DNA of 64,000 bases. Source: Neocallimastix sp. 'constans'. Taxonomy: Eukaryota. The position numbers were made by a program, and so were the translations under genes. The stretch spans positions 62,001-126,000 of the forward strand of contig JBODTK010000104.1 in assembly GCA_050613775.1 (NCBI GenBank). Direction: 5' to 3'. This document shows positions 1-12,700 of this stretch, piece after piece (within the stretch, counting starts at the first letter, position 1; every line of letters begins with the position of its first letter). The notes under the pieces are model-generated. The model ran no database searches, had not been told where the DNA came from, and worked only from the letters and a program-made list of their open reading frames with translations.

Positions 1-1532
1 ATAATTTTATAAAAGCATAAAATTATGTAAAATTAATTGTTTCTCTATATATTTTGTATTGTGACATTATAAATAAAATATATATTAACTTAACGCCACA
101 ATTATACAATATTTATTTTCAGTTACATCAGTATTAATATTGATGAGTATATTGAATTCAATTTTTTAATAATTTTTTAAGTAACACAAGCCACTGATTT
201 TCGAATTTATATCATTTACCCATTTTCATTTGCATTGTATACAATATTGTTTACCATGTATAGTATAATGAAAATAATTAATTTTTTATTAATTAAACAT
301 ATTAAAAAATTTGAAATTTTTTTTAGTCACGTCACATCAATATGGGAGATACAAAAAAATAAATTTTACTTGTTATTAATCATTTACTTTTCATCCAATG
401 AATTTTAATCTATTCAAAAAAAGGTTAAATGAAAGTTATGAAAATCAAAAAAAAAAAATATTAATAAATAAAATTTTTAAAAAATATTTTTTTATTTTTA
501 AAAAAATAAAATAACTTTAAAAATAAATAAATAAATTAATAAATTAATAAATAAATTAATAATAATAAACTTTATAAAATATAATTTATAAATTTTAATG
601 AATATAAAATATAATTTTATTGAATTATCACTTTTCCTTTTTTATACAAAGGAAAATGAAATGAAATAAAGTAAATAAACATATAAATAAATATAAATAT
701 AAATAAATATATATAAATAAATATAAATAAATAAATAAATAAATAAATATAAATAAATATAAATAAATATAAATAAATATAAATAAATAAATAAATAAAT
801 AAATATAAATAAATATAAATAAATAAATAAAAAGGTATTTCAATATAAATAAATAAATATGAATGAATAAATAAATATAAATATGAATAAATAAATATAA
901 ATAAATGAATAACTAAAAAGGTTTGAATTATAATTCAACTTAATTTGACACTTTTAATATATTTAAATGTATTAATATGTAAAGGACTTATCTTTCCAAT
1001 AAAACCAAAAAAAATATAAAAAATATAAAAAAAATATAAAAAATATAAAAAAAATTTAATATATATAAAAAAAAAAATTTAATATATATATATATATATA
1101 TATAAAAGGACTGTTTCCCTTGAAGTAATAATAAAATTTTATTAAAATTTAATATAAGTAAAAAAATTAATAAAAATGAATTAGGATAGGATAAAAGAAT
1201 TATTAAATATTTAATTAAAGTCGAAAGTAACAACAACAAATTAAAATATTTATTTATATTTATTTTAATATATTTTGAGGTGATGTAATAATGATCTGAA
1301 TTTTTATATACCATTAAAGGAATTTTTTTTTTCATATATAAAGGAAATAAAGAAGGCCAATAATTAAAATTTTCTAAAAAAAAAAAAAAAAAAAAATAAA
1401 AAAAAAAAAATAATTTTAATAAATAAATAAGAAAAAAAAATTAAATAAAAATTAAATAAAAACTAATAAATAAATTTTAATTTTTTTTTTTGTTATTATT
1501 TTGATAATAATAATAAATTAATTATTTCCAAA

Positions 1533-3107
1533 ATGTTTAAAAAATTACAAAAACATTTTAGTTTAGCACTTGCATTTTCAGTGCTTTCTTTATCTGTTGT
1601 TTCTTGCAGTCCAATTGATACCTATGGTATTACCTTACGTGATACTAAAGAAAAATTCTCAATTTTTACTGAAGGATCAGTTGCTACTGATATTGTAGAA
1701 GAAGAAGATGGTTCAGTATCGTGGGTTGCCACTGCTGCCAATGGTGCTGGTGGTGGTGTAGCCTTCTATGCTAAACCTAACAAAGAAGAAATTAATATTG
1801 GAAATTATGAATCTATTGATGTTGAATTTGATTACAATATCGTTGAAGGTAAGTGGAATCCTGAAGCCTTAAATCCAGGATTTTGTTTGAGAATGCTTCC
1901 ATGGGATTCTACCGGTATGTTTGGTGGTTATGAAGAACTTGAATATGTTGATACTGATGCTAAGTCTGGAACCTTTAAATACAATTTCAAAATTCCATCC
2001 GACTTTGCCGAAAAAGTTATTTCCAGTTCTGATTTCGATTCAATTTTAGGTTTTGCCATTAAATTCAATGATTATCAAAGAGGAAACACCGATGGAGATC
2101 AAATAAAGGTTAACTTAAAGAATGTTACTTTCAATCCAAAGGAAGGGGCTGCTGAAGATAAACCTTTCAATGATGGTTTAAATGACTCTCAACGTGGTTC
2201 TGTTGTTGAATTCAATTATCCAACTAGAGATTACACTGTTGAAGAATCCGCTTTAACTGATGAAGATAGATACGAAAAGCATGGTTGGATTTATCTTCCA
2301 GCTGGTTATGATGCTTCTGACAAGAATACCAAATATCCAGTATTTATTTTACTTCACGGAGGTGGTCAAAATGAAAACACCTGGGGTCTCTCTAACAAGG
2401 GACGTGGTGGTAAAATCAAGGGTTACATGGACAGAGGTATGGCTGATGGTAGCGTTAAAAAGTTTGTTCTTGCTGTAGTTACCGGTGTTGCCAACAAAAG
2501 TTGGGGTCCAAATGGTTCTGGAAATGATATTAATGCCTATTACTCATTTGGTGGTGAATTAAGAAACGATTTACTTCCATATCTTAGAGCTAACTTTAAC
2601 ATAAAAGAAGGTAGAGATAATGTTGCTATTGCTGGTCTTTCCATGGGTGGTATTCAAACATTCGATATTGGTATCAAGGAAAGTCTTGATCTTATCAGTA
2701 ACTTCGGTGGTTTCTCTGGATATTCTCGTACTGATCCAAATGAATTTATTGCTAGTGTTGACGAAAACCCAGAATTTAAGGAATACAAGATTCACAACTT
2801 ATACTTAACTTGTGGTGATGGTGATGTATTAGCTTATGGTAGATATCCACCTGTTGTTGATGCTTTTAAGGTTTGGGACAGAGTTGAAAACTTTAAGGAT
2901 TACACTTACATTGGTGGAACTCATGATTTCCCAGTATGGTACAATGGTTTCAATGATGTCATTCATATGTTCTTCCAAAATTATGAAGCTGAAACTGAAG
3001 TTGAAACTGGTAATGAAGTTGGTACTGATTCTGAAGACGATGTTGAAGTTGAAGAAGGTATCACTCAAGAAGTTGAAGTTGATTCTGGATCAGAAGAAGA
3101 AAACTAA
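1533..3107 (+). CDS. Secreted carbohydrate esterase family 1-like alpha/beta hydrolase (feruloyl/acetyl-xylan esterase-like) with an extra N-terminal domain; intronless, 524 aa
   Basis: N-terminal hydrophobic signal. Esterase motifs IYLPAGYD, KYPVFILLHGGG, nucleophile elbow GLSMGG (Ser codon 2640-2642), CGDGD (Asp) and GGTHDFPVW (His). Acidic C-terminal tail; no fungal dockerin seen. Confidence 0.85.
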   Translation: MFKKLQKHFSLALAFSVLSLSVVSCSPIDTYGITLRDTKEKFSIFTEGSVATDIVEEEDGSVSWVATAANGAGGGVAFYAKPNKEEINIGNYESIDVEFDYNIVEGKWNPEALNPGFCLRMLPWDSTGMFGGYEELEYVDTDAKSGTFKYNFKIPSDFAEKVISSSDFDSILGFAIKFNDYQRGNTDGDQIKVNLKNVTFNPKEGAAEDKPFNDGLNDSQRGSVVEFNYPTRDYTVEESALTDEDRYEKHGWIYLPAGYDASDKNTKYPVFILLHGGGQNENTWGLSNKGRGGKIKGYMDRGMADGSVKKFVLAVVTGVANKSWGPNGSGNDINAYYSFGGELRNDLLPYLRANFNIKEGRDNVAIAGLSMGGIQTFDIGIKESLDLISNFGGFSGYSRTDPNEFIASVDENPEFKEYKIHNLYLTCGDGDVLAYGRYPPVVDAFKVWDRVENFKDYTYIGGTHDFPVWYNGFNDVIHMFFQNYEAETEVETGNEVGTDSEDDVEVEEGITQEVEVDSGSEEEN

Positions 3108-3594
3108 ATGGAGTGTAAACAAAAAAGTCCAATAAATAGATATTAAATTAAAATATATATAATAATAAAATTAAATATATTATTATTTAAAACAAAAAAA
3201 ATAAATTAAACAAAAAAAACAGGAAAAAAAAAATTAATAATGAATCAAAAAATTTATTGGATTACAAACAATTAATAAAAATTAGAGCAAAAAAAAAAAT
3301 TAGAAAAATGGAAAAATAAGAAATAAGTATAATAGAAAAGTATAAATGAAAGAAGAAGAAGAAAAAAAAAATGTTAGATTTATAAAAATTAAAAATCTAT
3401 GTATTAAAATATAAATTTTAATATTGAATATTAAAATTACTATTTAAAATTGTTTATATCCGTTTAAATATATACTTTTGTATTTATTGTCATATTATCA
3501 TATGGTATTTGTAAATCAAATATATAAAAATGATGATATCTATTAATGTTATGTAATAAAAATACTTTTAAATTATTTAAAATAAAAAAAAAAT

Positions 3595-3633
<39 letters not shown>

Positions 3634-4651
3634 TATAATAAATTAAAATAAATTAATTCAAAAGAAACAATTTATGTTAAGTTTGATTTTTTTAATTATT
3701 CTATACTTTTTTTTTTTTTTTTTTTATAGGTATATCTATATTAATATTAATAAATAGAGATTGTGGCAGAAATAATAATCGTCAATTTAATAAATTATTG
3801 AATAATTTATTTTAAATAGGACATAAAAAAATAGAAATAATTAAATAGTTTTTAATTTCAAGTTTATTATTATATTTGAAACATATTGTGTATAGTATTA
3901 TACTAAATCCTATTTTTACTAATATTAATAAATAATAATAATGCTCAACTTTTACGATAATTTTAATTGTAAATATTAAATTTTCATTTATTTATATATA
4001 TTTTTTACTATTATTATTCATTATTTTAATTATATATATATATATACATATATGTATAATGTCTAAGACAATTTGATGTAAATACAATATTTATTAAAAG
4101 TATTTCCTTTAAATTATAACAATTATTTTATTTAATAATTATTTAATCATCAATAGTAATAAATATTTAAAACATTTTAAACTTTTTATTTTTTTATATT
4201 AAATATTTCATTATAAAATATCTGAAACATTTTCAGTTTTTTTTTATTATTTATTTAGTATAGAAAAAAAAAATTTTTTTTATTTAAATTATTTTTAGTA
4301 TAATTAATTTTGAAATATAAAAGACTCACCTTATAGATATATCAAATAAAACTATAATAAAATTAATAATGATAATAAAAAGTAATTTATACTTTTTTTT
4401 TTTTTAATTATATTTTATTGTATATATAATAAATATTTTTCTTCCATTTGTTTTTTGCAAATGGACATTCATTCTATATGGAATATCATTTTAATAAAAT
4501 AATAATATATATATTTATAATAAATAGATAAATAATATTAATTTTTATTAATTGGTATTGCTGTGTACATATGATGTTTCTCTTTAACTCTATAAATGAT
4601 AAATTATAATAAAAATATATTACAGCAATGAAAATTTTTTTAGTTTTTTAT

Positions 4652-5030
4652 GGGTGTGGGGCATTTCGCCAAATTGCATTTCGCCAGGTTGCGTTTCGCC
4701 AATTTTTTTGAAAACATGTGGCGTATTAAAAAAATATGGCATTTCGCCAAATTGCATTTCGCCAAATTGAGAATTATTAAATAAATAAATAAATCAATAA
4801 ATAAAATTAAATATTATTAATATCGCATAAAAACAATTTTTAAAAAAATATTTTGAATTAATATTTATTTATTTATTCATTTATTTATATCAATACTCTA
4901 CTTGTCGAAATGCAACCTGGCGAATAGCAACTTGGGGAAATGCAACTTGGGGAAATGCAACATTTTAATACTACGCCACTTGGCGAAATGCAATCTGGCG
5001 AAATGCAATTTGGGGAAATGCAACTCTCCC
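4652..5030. mobile_element. Non-autonomous Mutator/foldback-type MITE (379 bp)
   Basis: Ends GGG...CCC. Long imperfect inverted arms built of a ~15-bp unit (TTGCATTTCGCCAAA on the left, its reverse complement on the right). Perfect 9-bp direct repeat GTTTTTTAT at 4643-4651 and 5031-5039. Confidence 0.85.
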
Positions 5031-5809
5031 GTTTTTTATTTCATATAAAATTGATGCTTTAATTGTTGAATTACCAAGGGTTAGAATTTATACATGATTA
5101 TAGGGGATCGTGCATTTTTCAATCCTACATTTCACAATGTGGCTTGTTTTTTAATAATTAAATAAATAATAAATATTTTTTTTTTTGTATATGTACATAA
5201 TTTATTAATATTCAATTGTAAAAATAATTTTTTATAATTCTTTTTTAATAGAATATATTATTATTTCTTTTGCAATAGTAATTTGATAATATTTAATTGA
5301 AAAATATATTATTTCTTTTGAAATAATTATTTAATAATATTTAATTATAAAAATATAATTATGTATATTTAAAATAAGAAATTTTTAATTAACTAAAATA
5401 ATTGTTTAATAATTTTAATACTTTTGAATAAAGGTATTAAAATTTTTAACCAATTATTTTAGATAATTAAAAAAATCCAATTTACTGATTTTTTTTATAA
5501 AGAATTATTTTAACTAATTCGAAAAATTTTATTGTTCATTTTCATTTGGTCATTTTTTCGTTAAGTATTGATTATATGTTTTTTAATTGATAATTTTAAG
5601 TTAAATCTCTTAAACATTTCAACCATAATTCAACGAATTCATTTCTTTTTCTTTTCTTTTCTTTTCTTTTCTTTCTTTCTTTTTTTTTTTTTAATGAAAT
5701 TTCCATATTTTTGTAATGTTTAATTAAGGCATTTATTTCATCAGTTCATCTAAATTTTTTTTTATTTGATTATATATTTAATTATTAAATTATTTATACT
5801 TTCATATAT

Positions 5810-6075
5810 GATTGTATAATATAACCAAAAGTCAATTTTCTATCAACTAAATCAACTAAATCACTGGCATAATCAGCAACAGAGTATCCTGTAACGTCAT
5901 AACATAATTTGTTATTTATGGTGTTATTTAAATATTTTATGCTATTAATTAACGTTTTCTAGTCAATTTTCCAATCAGGAACACCTGGATTTTCTGACTT
6001 TCTGGCGGATTTATAAACTGTGTATGCAATATCTGGTCCTGCATATTTAGCCAAAAATATTAAAGATCATTGAAA
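5810..6075 (-). mobile_element. Degenerate Ty1/copia pol fragment (RT end / RNase H start)
   Basis: Minus strand reads IFLAKYAGPDIAYTVYKSARKSENPGVPDWKID*...TGYSVADYASDLVDLVDRKLTFGYII. This follows the copia consensus YL..TRPDIAYAV...P...HW...GYSDADWAGD..DRKSTSGYVF and contains an in-frame stop. Confidence 0.75.
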
Positions 6076-6219
6076 GTATTTAACTATATTTTACATGTAT
6101 TTATATTATTTGTGGCTTGATTTTATAGTTAATATTTAATTAAAGTTATATTTCATTTACTTATTTCATAATATTTTTTTATTTATTTAATTTATTATTT
6201 TTATAGTAAAACTGGAATT

Positions 6220-6253
<34 letters not shown>

Positions 6254-6272
6254 TAATAATAATAATAATAAC

Positions 6273-6320
<48 letters not shown>

Positions 6321-6324
6321 TAAT

Positions 6325-6328
6325 TTTT

Positions 6329-6362
<34 letters not shown>

Positions 6363-6675
6363 GACTGAAGACTTTTGTCTCTCCCATATGTTAATATGGG
6401 TGTATGATTAACTCCTCATAAGTAAAGAATCTTCATATAGAAGCATCTTACGCGATCCTCAAGGGAAAGCAGAGTCCAGTATAGGTGGCGTCCTTGCCAT
6501 CCCAGATGGTGCTGGAAACTGTAATCCTCTCAGACAAGGCTTACGCAATGGGATTCTTATAATATTAGAAATATATAAAACATACCTACCTGAGTATCGT
6601 TTAACCCCTAACCTTCACGCAAAACCCAGAGGGAAAAATCGTGAAGATTTGATACTTACGGGGGTCGATCCAGAG
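6325..6675 (-). mobile_element. Short poly(A)-tailed retroposon (SINE or 5'-truncated LINE)
   Basis: GC-richer island with a poly(T) run at 6325-6359 (A-tail on the minus strand). 15-bp TSD ATAATAATAATTAAT at 6310-6324 and 6676-6690. Several hairpins. Confidence 0.75.
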
Positions 6676-7611
6676 ATAATAATAATTAATAATCATAATT
6701 AAAATTGAAATAAAACCTATTTTATGCATAATATTAATAAATATATACATATACATATGCTTAAGTCACATGTATTTTTTTTCTATGTTCAATATAAAAT
6801 TTTTTCTATATAATATAAATTTATACACATGTACATGCATAAATCACATGTTATAAAGAGAAAAAATTTTAGCTAAAATTTTAAGAATAATCAAATAATA
6901 ATCATATAAGAATTTTATAACAAAAAAATAAAATGAATTGAATAAATAAATAAAATATAATTAATGAATAAATAAATTAATAAGCAAACAAATAAATAAA
7001 TAATAAGAAAATAAATAAATAAATAAATAAATGAGAAGGGAATTAATAGATAAATAAGTTTATAATAAAAATAAGTAAAAAAAAAAATAAATGAATGAAT
7101 AAAGAAATAAAGAAATTGTAAATATTAAATATATAACTTAAATTTGACTATTTAATTTTATAAAAAATTATAATTAAAAATTATTATTATTATGTATAAA
7201 TTTTTTAAAATTATTTAAAATATATAAACTCAATTTTAATAAAAAATGAAATAATTATTTATTATTTTTAATTATATATATTTAATATTTTTATTTTTAT
7301 TTTTTTTTTATTATAAAATTTAATAGCCAAATTATATAAATTGTATTAATAATATTAAAAAAAGATCATAAAATATTTATTAAATTAATTTCATTAGTAC
7401 AATTAAAACAAGGTATAAATATAAAAAAAATAAAAGAAATAATAAAAAATAAATGTAAATTAAATAATATATATATATATTTATATGAAAATTTATAATA
7501 TTTATACAATTAATTTTATAACAATATTTGTAATTTTTATAACAAATAATAACACTAATAATAATAATAATAAATGAATACAATGATACTTAATGTTTAA
7601 TATTATCAAGA

Positions 7612-7857
7612 ATGGATGCAAGTAAGGAAATAAAAGATGTTGAAATGGAAGTTGTAAAATCTCCAGAAGAAGAACAAAAAGAATTATTAAATTTATTATT
7701 AGCAGGTATATTATAAATTGTATTTTTGATAATAATAAAAATCATTAAATGGAGCAATCATTTTATGTTCAATATTTATAATTATTTTAAAGAATAATTT
7801 ATTTTTTATTTTATATCTAATTTAAATGCATAACATATAAATAAAAATGATTTACTT

Positions 7858-7889
<32 letters not shown>

Positions 7890-10800
7890 AATAGAAGATA
7901 AATTTAACAAAACAGAAAGAATAGAATATTTATTATAATATTAATTTTAAGAAAATTATAATTTTAAAAAATGTTTTTTTTTTTATGTTCTGTTCTATCT
8001 TATAAATATTATTAATATATAAAAATATTACAAATTTTATTTTATTTTATTTTATTTTATTTTTATTTTTATTTTTATTTTATTTTTTTATTTTTTTAAA
8101 TGGTTTGTTATTTATGAAAAAATTAATTTAATATTATGTCATTTCATAATTATTGTAGATATTAAACAAAATGTCATAAACTTGGAAAAGGCTGTAAACA
8201 CAATTGAAAATCGTTTCATTACTAGAGTTTTAAGAACTTTCCCAAGCATTAGAAGAAGATTAACTGATGTTGCATTAGCTAAAATCATTAATATTCATGT
8301 ACCTCAAGGTATATTTATATACTAAGTTAACATTAATAACAACAGAAAATAAATTTAATAATAAATTTAATAATAATAGTAATAAAAGGAAATTGCAAAA
8401 TGCTATATCATTAATAAACTTATTTTTTGTACCTTAAATTAAAATTAACATTTCGAAATGTTTTTTTTTCTCTCTCCAATAATATAAACTTTTATTATAT
8501 GCAGATGATCCTTCAAAGGCTGTTTTATTAAAATATATTGGAAAAGTAATTTTTTATTTTATTTTATTTTATTTTATTTTATTTTATAATATATTATATA
8601 ATATGTTATTATTCAGGAAGTTGACAATATTATTAAATGATAAGTATTAATTTAATAAATATCAATGAATTTTTAAAAATTTTATTCATAATGAAAATAA
8701 ATAATATATTACACAATAAAAGGAATCAGAATCAATGGAACTTGATCAAGAATTAAATGACAAAAACAAAACAAAAGCTTATCTTCCAGAAGTTGAAACC
8801 TATTTATTATTATTAGTTTTAATATATCTTCATGATAAAAAAGAATATGAAAAGGTATATTTCCTAAATTTTTTATTTTTAATTAATATATAAATATATT
8901 TTAATAAAGTATATGATTCATATAGATATGAAATGAGAAATATTTAGAAAAATATTATAATATTAATCATTAATCATATACATATATATATAATATATAA
9001 TAATTTAATAAAAAATATTTAAATACTAAATATTTGAAATCTTCATAAAGGGTGCTGAATTATCTTCAAATTATATTGATAGAGTTATTTCTTTCAATAG
9101 ACGTACTATGGATATGTTAGCAGCAAAATTCTATTTTTATTATTCAAGATTCTTTGAATTAACTAATCGTTTATCTTCTATTAGAACGTAATAATAAATT
9201 TAATAATTATATATATTTTGAAATGTATATAATATGAACTGGTTAATAAAACTATTTTTTTTTTTTTTTCATCATTATTATTTTATTATTATTATTTTAT
9301 TATTATTATTTTATTATTATTATTTTATTATTATTATTTTATTATTATATAATATTCAATTATTAATAATTATTTATTAGTAAACTTCTTGCTGCTCAAA
9401 GAACAACTGCTTTGAGACATGATAGTGAATCTCAAGTATGATAGACTCTATATTTATAATAATAAAATTTTAATTTTCAAATATCTATATATATTAACAA
9501 GATGAATGAATTTTATTATTAAATAATTAGGCTACTATTTTAAATCTTTTATTAAGAAACTACTTACATTATAATTTAGTTGAACAAGCTGATAAACTTG
9601 TTCTTAAAACCACTTTCCCAGAAGAAGCTAGCAATAATCAATTTGCTCGTTATATGTTATATTTAGGTCGTATTAAGGCTATTCAACTTGACTATACTTC
9701 TGCTAATCGTTATTTATTACAAGCTATTAGAAAAGCTCCCCAAACATCAAAGACTGTTGGTTTCCTTCAAGCTGTAAGTTTTCATTTTATATTTTATTTT
9801 ATATTTTATATTTTATATTTTATATTTTATTTTATATTTTATTTCATATTTTTTTTATTATTTTTTAATTCTACATGATATTATTTATTATTATATATTT
9901 TGTTTATTTGGTTTCTGTTATAAAATATAAATTTACAATAAATATATTTAATATATTAATTTATATCATTCATAGGCCAATAAATTGTCTATTATTGTTC
10001 AAATTTTGATGGGTGAAATTCCAGCTAAATCTTTATTTAAACAACCTGAATTAAAGAAATCTCTTGAGCCTTATTTCCATATTACTCAAGGTAAATAATA
10101 AATAAATTGTATTTTTTATTTTTTTTTTTATTTTTTTTAATGATATTAATATTAATACAAATCATTTCTATTTAATAATATAACGATAATAACTTAATAA
10201 ACTTAATGTGTATTGGTATTAATAACAATAACAATAATAATAAAAATACATTATTTTTCAATAAATAGCTGTTCGTGTTGGTGATTTAACTAAATTTAAG
10301 GAAACATTAAATAAATATACACCAGTTTTCCGTGCTGATAATACTTATACTTTAATCTTAAGGTAGAATAATTATTTAATAAATCAATAAATCAATAAAA
10401 AATAGTTAATATAAAAAGATTCTAAATTGGATTACAATAATTAATTTTTGATATTTATATTTTTTTTTTATGATGTTTGTTTTTGAATAATGTTATATAT
10501 TATTGTATAATTTTTTTTTTTTTTATAATATCTTATATATATATAAATTATAAATAATTAAATATAATATAACTATTACAATGATAAATTAAAAGATTAC
10601 GTCACAATGTTATTAAGACCGGTATTCGTATGATTAGTTTATCCTATTCAAGAATATCGTTACGTGATATTTGTCATAAGTTACAATTAGATAGTGAAGA
10701 AGATGCTGAATATATTATTGCTAAAGCCATTCGTGATGGTGTTATTGATGCCACTATTAACCATGAAGAAGGTTATATGAAATCTAAAGAAATTGTTGAT

Positions 10801-11248
10801 ATATATTCTACTAATGAACCACAAGAAGCATTCAATGAATGTATTACTTTCTGCTTAAATCTTCGTAATGAATCCGTAAAGGTAATATATAAATGAATTA
10901 AAATATATATATATATATAGCTCTTTAATTTTTTTAGTTTAATTATTTTTTTATTATTTTTATGATTTAATATTTTTTTTAAAAAAAAAAAAGAATAAAA
11001 AAAAAAAATCGAAAAAACAAAATTAGTTTAATGATTATTAAATAAAATAAGTTAATATAATAATTTATAAATGAAAATTTATTAATGAAATATATAAATA
11101 TTATATATTATAGGCTATGCGTTTCCCATCTAATGCTTATAGAAAAGAATTAGCTTCTGCAAAGGAAATAGATGATGAAGAACGCAAATTAGCTAAAGAA
11201 ATTGAAGATGGAGAATTAGATGATGATAGTATGGACGATGATTATTAA
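7612..11248 (+). CDS. RPN3: 26S proteasome lid subunit Rpn3/PSMD3, 493 aa. Exons 7612-7705, 8159-8308, 8505-8545, 8723-8854, 9051-9187, 9381-9435, 9531-9773, 9976-10090, 10269-10362, 10596-10881, 11114-11248
   Basis: GT-AG introns join in phase. Motifs [83 protein letters not shown] (PCI domain), [12 protein letters not shown]. Confidence 0.96.
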
Positions 11249-11632
11249 ATGAAATAATCATTCATTCATTCATTTAATCATTCAATCAATCAATCAATCA
11301 TTCAATTAATAATTAAAATTTCGTATTTTTTTTTTTTCTTTTTTTTTTTTTTATTGTCTTTAGTTAAATTCGTTTATTATTTTTTTTTTTTATTTAAATC
11401 AAAAATAATATTAAAATAATTGCCATTACAATAATAATAATAATAATAGTAATAATAATTAAAATAAGCATATAAAATAAGCAAATAATAAATAAATGAA
11501 TTAAAAAAAAAAAAAAAAAAAAAGTGTCAACTAAAAAATAAAAAATAAAAAAACGAAAAAAAAAAAAAAAAAATAAATAAATAAATAAATAAATGTAAAA
11601 AAATCATTTAATTATATATTATTTTTTCATTA

Positions 11633-11673
<41 letters not shown>

Positions 11674-11764
11674 AATAAGAATAATAATAAAATAATCAAA
11701 AAATAAAAATAAAAAAAAAAATTGTTTTAATTTTTTCAATTATTTATTTTTATTTCATTATATA

Positions 11765-11799
<35 letters not shown>

Positions 11800-12700
11800 T
11801 TGAAGATGTGATACTATTGTTGTTATATGAAGGTAATAGTGCTATAGAAAATTGTCACAATTGTTACCTCATACTGTTGTGGTGAAATGATTAATTATTT
11901 ATTCTTCACTGGATATTTAAATGGTTCACTTTTTCTACTGTAAGATCATAATTATACGATTTCGTTAAATTTCAATTAGAAGTCGTAGAGTTTTTTTTTT
12001 TTTTTTTGACGATTGTCCTAAATTCTGTCCTTGTTGAGAAAAAAAAAAAAAAAAAAGGTGATCAATCTTTTTATCTATCCATTGGATAGTTGAATGCTCT
12101 ACCTTTTTCTCTATGTTGATATGAATCTTTAGATTTCATCAATGACCTTTTTTTTTTTTTTCATTTTGTTTTGCCAATAAAGTTAAGAAATCTTTTCCTT
12201 ACGGCCTTCTTTTTTTTTTTTTTTTAATATTTTTGAATATGAAAAATTTCATCAACAACTTACATTTATATATATTCCTTCTTGGTTGAATTTCAGCTTT
12301 AGATGAGCTACAATTCAATACTGGGGAAACGGAAGACATTTTAAGTGAACAACGCCTATAAAATTCATAGGGATATTTAAATGTTTCACTTTTTTTTCTA
12401 CTGTAAGATCAAAATTATAAGATTTCTTAAACTTGTTTGGAAGTAAAATAAATAAATTACCTTTATTATATATATATATTTTTTATTCTTTATTTGTTAT
12501 CTGTTCATCTATTTTAGATTGGAAAATCAAAATTAATGAATATAAAATTTATGTTCCTTTTTGATGAATATATTTAACTTTGAGTTCAGTGTTTCCTACT
12601 CTGAACACAATCAGCTTCGTGGATTTCTTAATTAATACTGTACCAGTCATTCGACAGAGCAAAGAAGAACTACTATTACTAGTCCTTCAAATTCATCTAA
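11800..12700 (+). mobile_element. Decayed, partly duplicated 3' fragments of a LINE (same family as 19150, 33350 and 52600)
   Basis: Cys-rich zinc-finger relic (ENCHNC..CCGE...HWIFK). Segment GATATTTAAATG-TTCAC...CTACTGTAAGATCA occurs twice (~11912 and ~12373). AGCTTTAGATGAGCTACAATTCAATAC at ~12296 is shared with the other copies. Confidence 0.65.

Noticed and set aside
175..290. Minus-strand KINYFHYTIHGKQYCIQCK resembling an Mrr-like nuclease motif
   Set aside because: Very short and followed immediately by a stop; cannot be distinguished from chance.
628..1335. F/I/Y/L-rich ORFs resembling membrane proteins (also 12944, 39266, 39558, 43563, 45861, 46510, 50234, 58598 and others)
   Set aside because: They are translations of (TAAA)n, (AAT)n and similar repeats, with no codon diversity or motifs.
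2260..3135. Alternative-frame ORFs overlapping the esterase; likewise 59882-61670, 63191-63397, 42001-42201 and 24540-24737
   Set aside because: Shadow frames of real genes caused by codon bias or low-complexity sequence.
4660..5025. Repeated 15-mers as a CRISPR array or iterons
   Set aside because: No unique spacers. The units are inverted between the halves and enclosed by a TSD, so this is a MITE.
5400..5640. Possible MULE transposase or RNase H relic (FFNYL...W-like)
   Set aside because: Needs frameshifts to read; the signal is too weak.
6592..6665. U1 snRNA-like ATACCTACCTG / ATACTTACG, telomerase-template-like TAACCCCTAACC, and an HDV-like fold
   Set aside because: No U1-70K loop, U1A loop or Sm site. 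The template similarity is short. The pseudoknot lacks the HDV 3-bp P3, P1.1 and J4/2.
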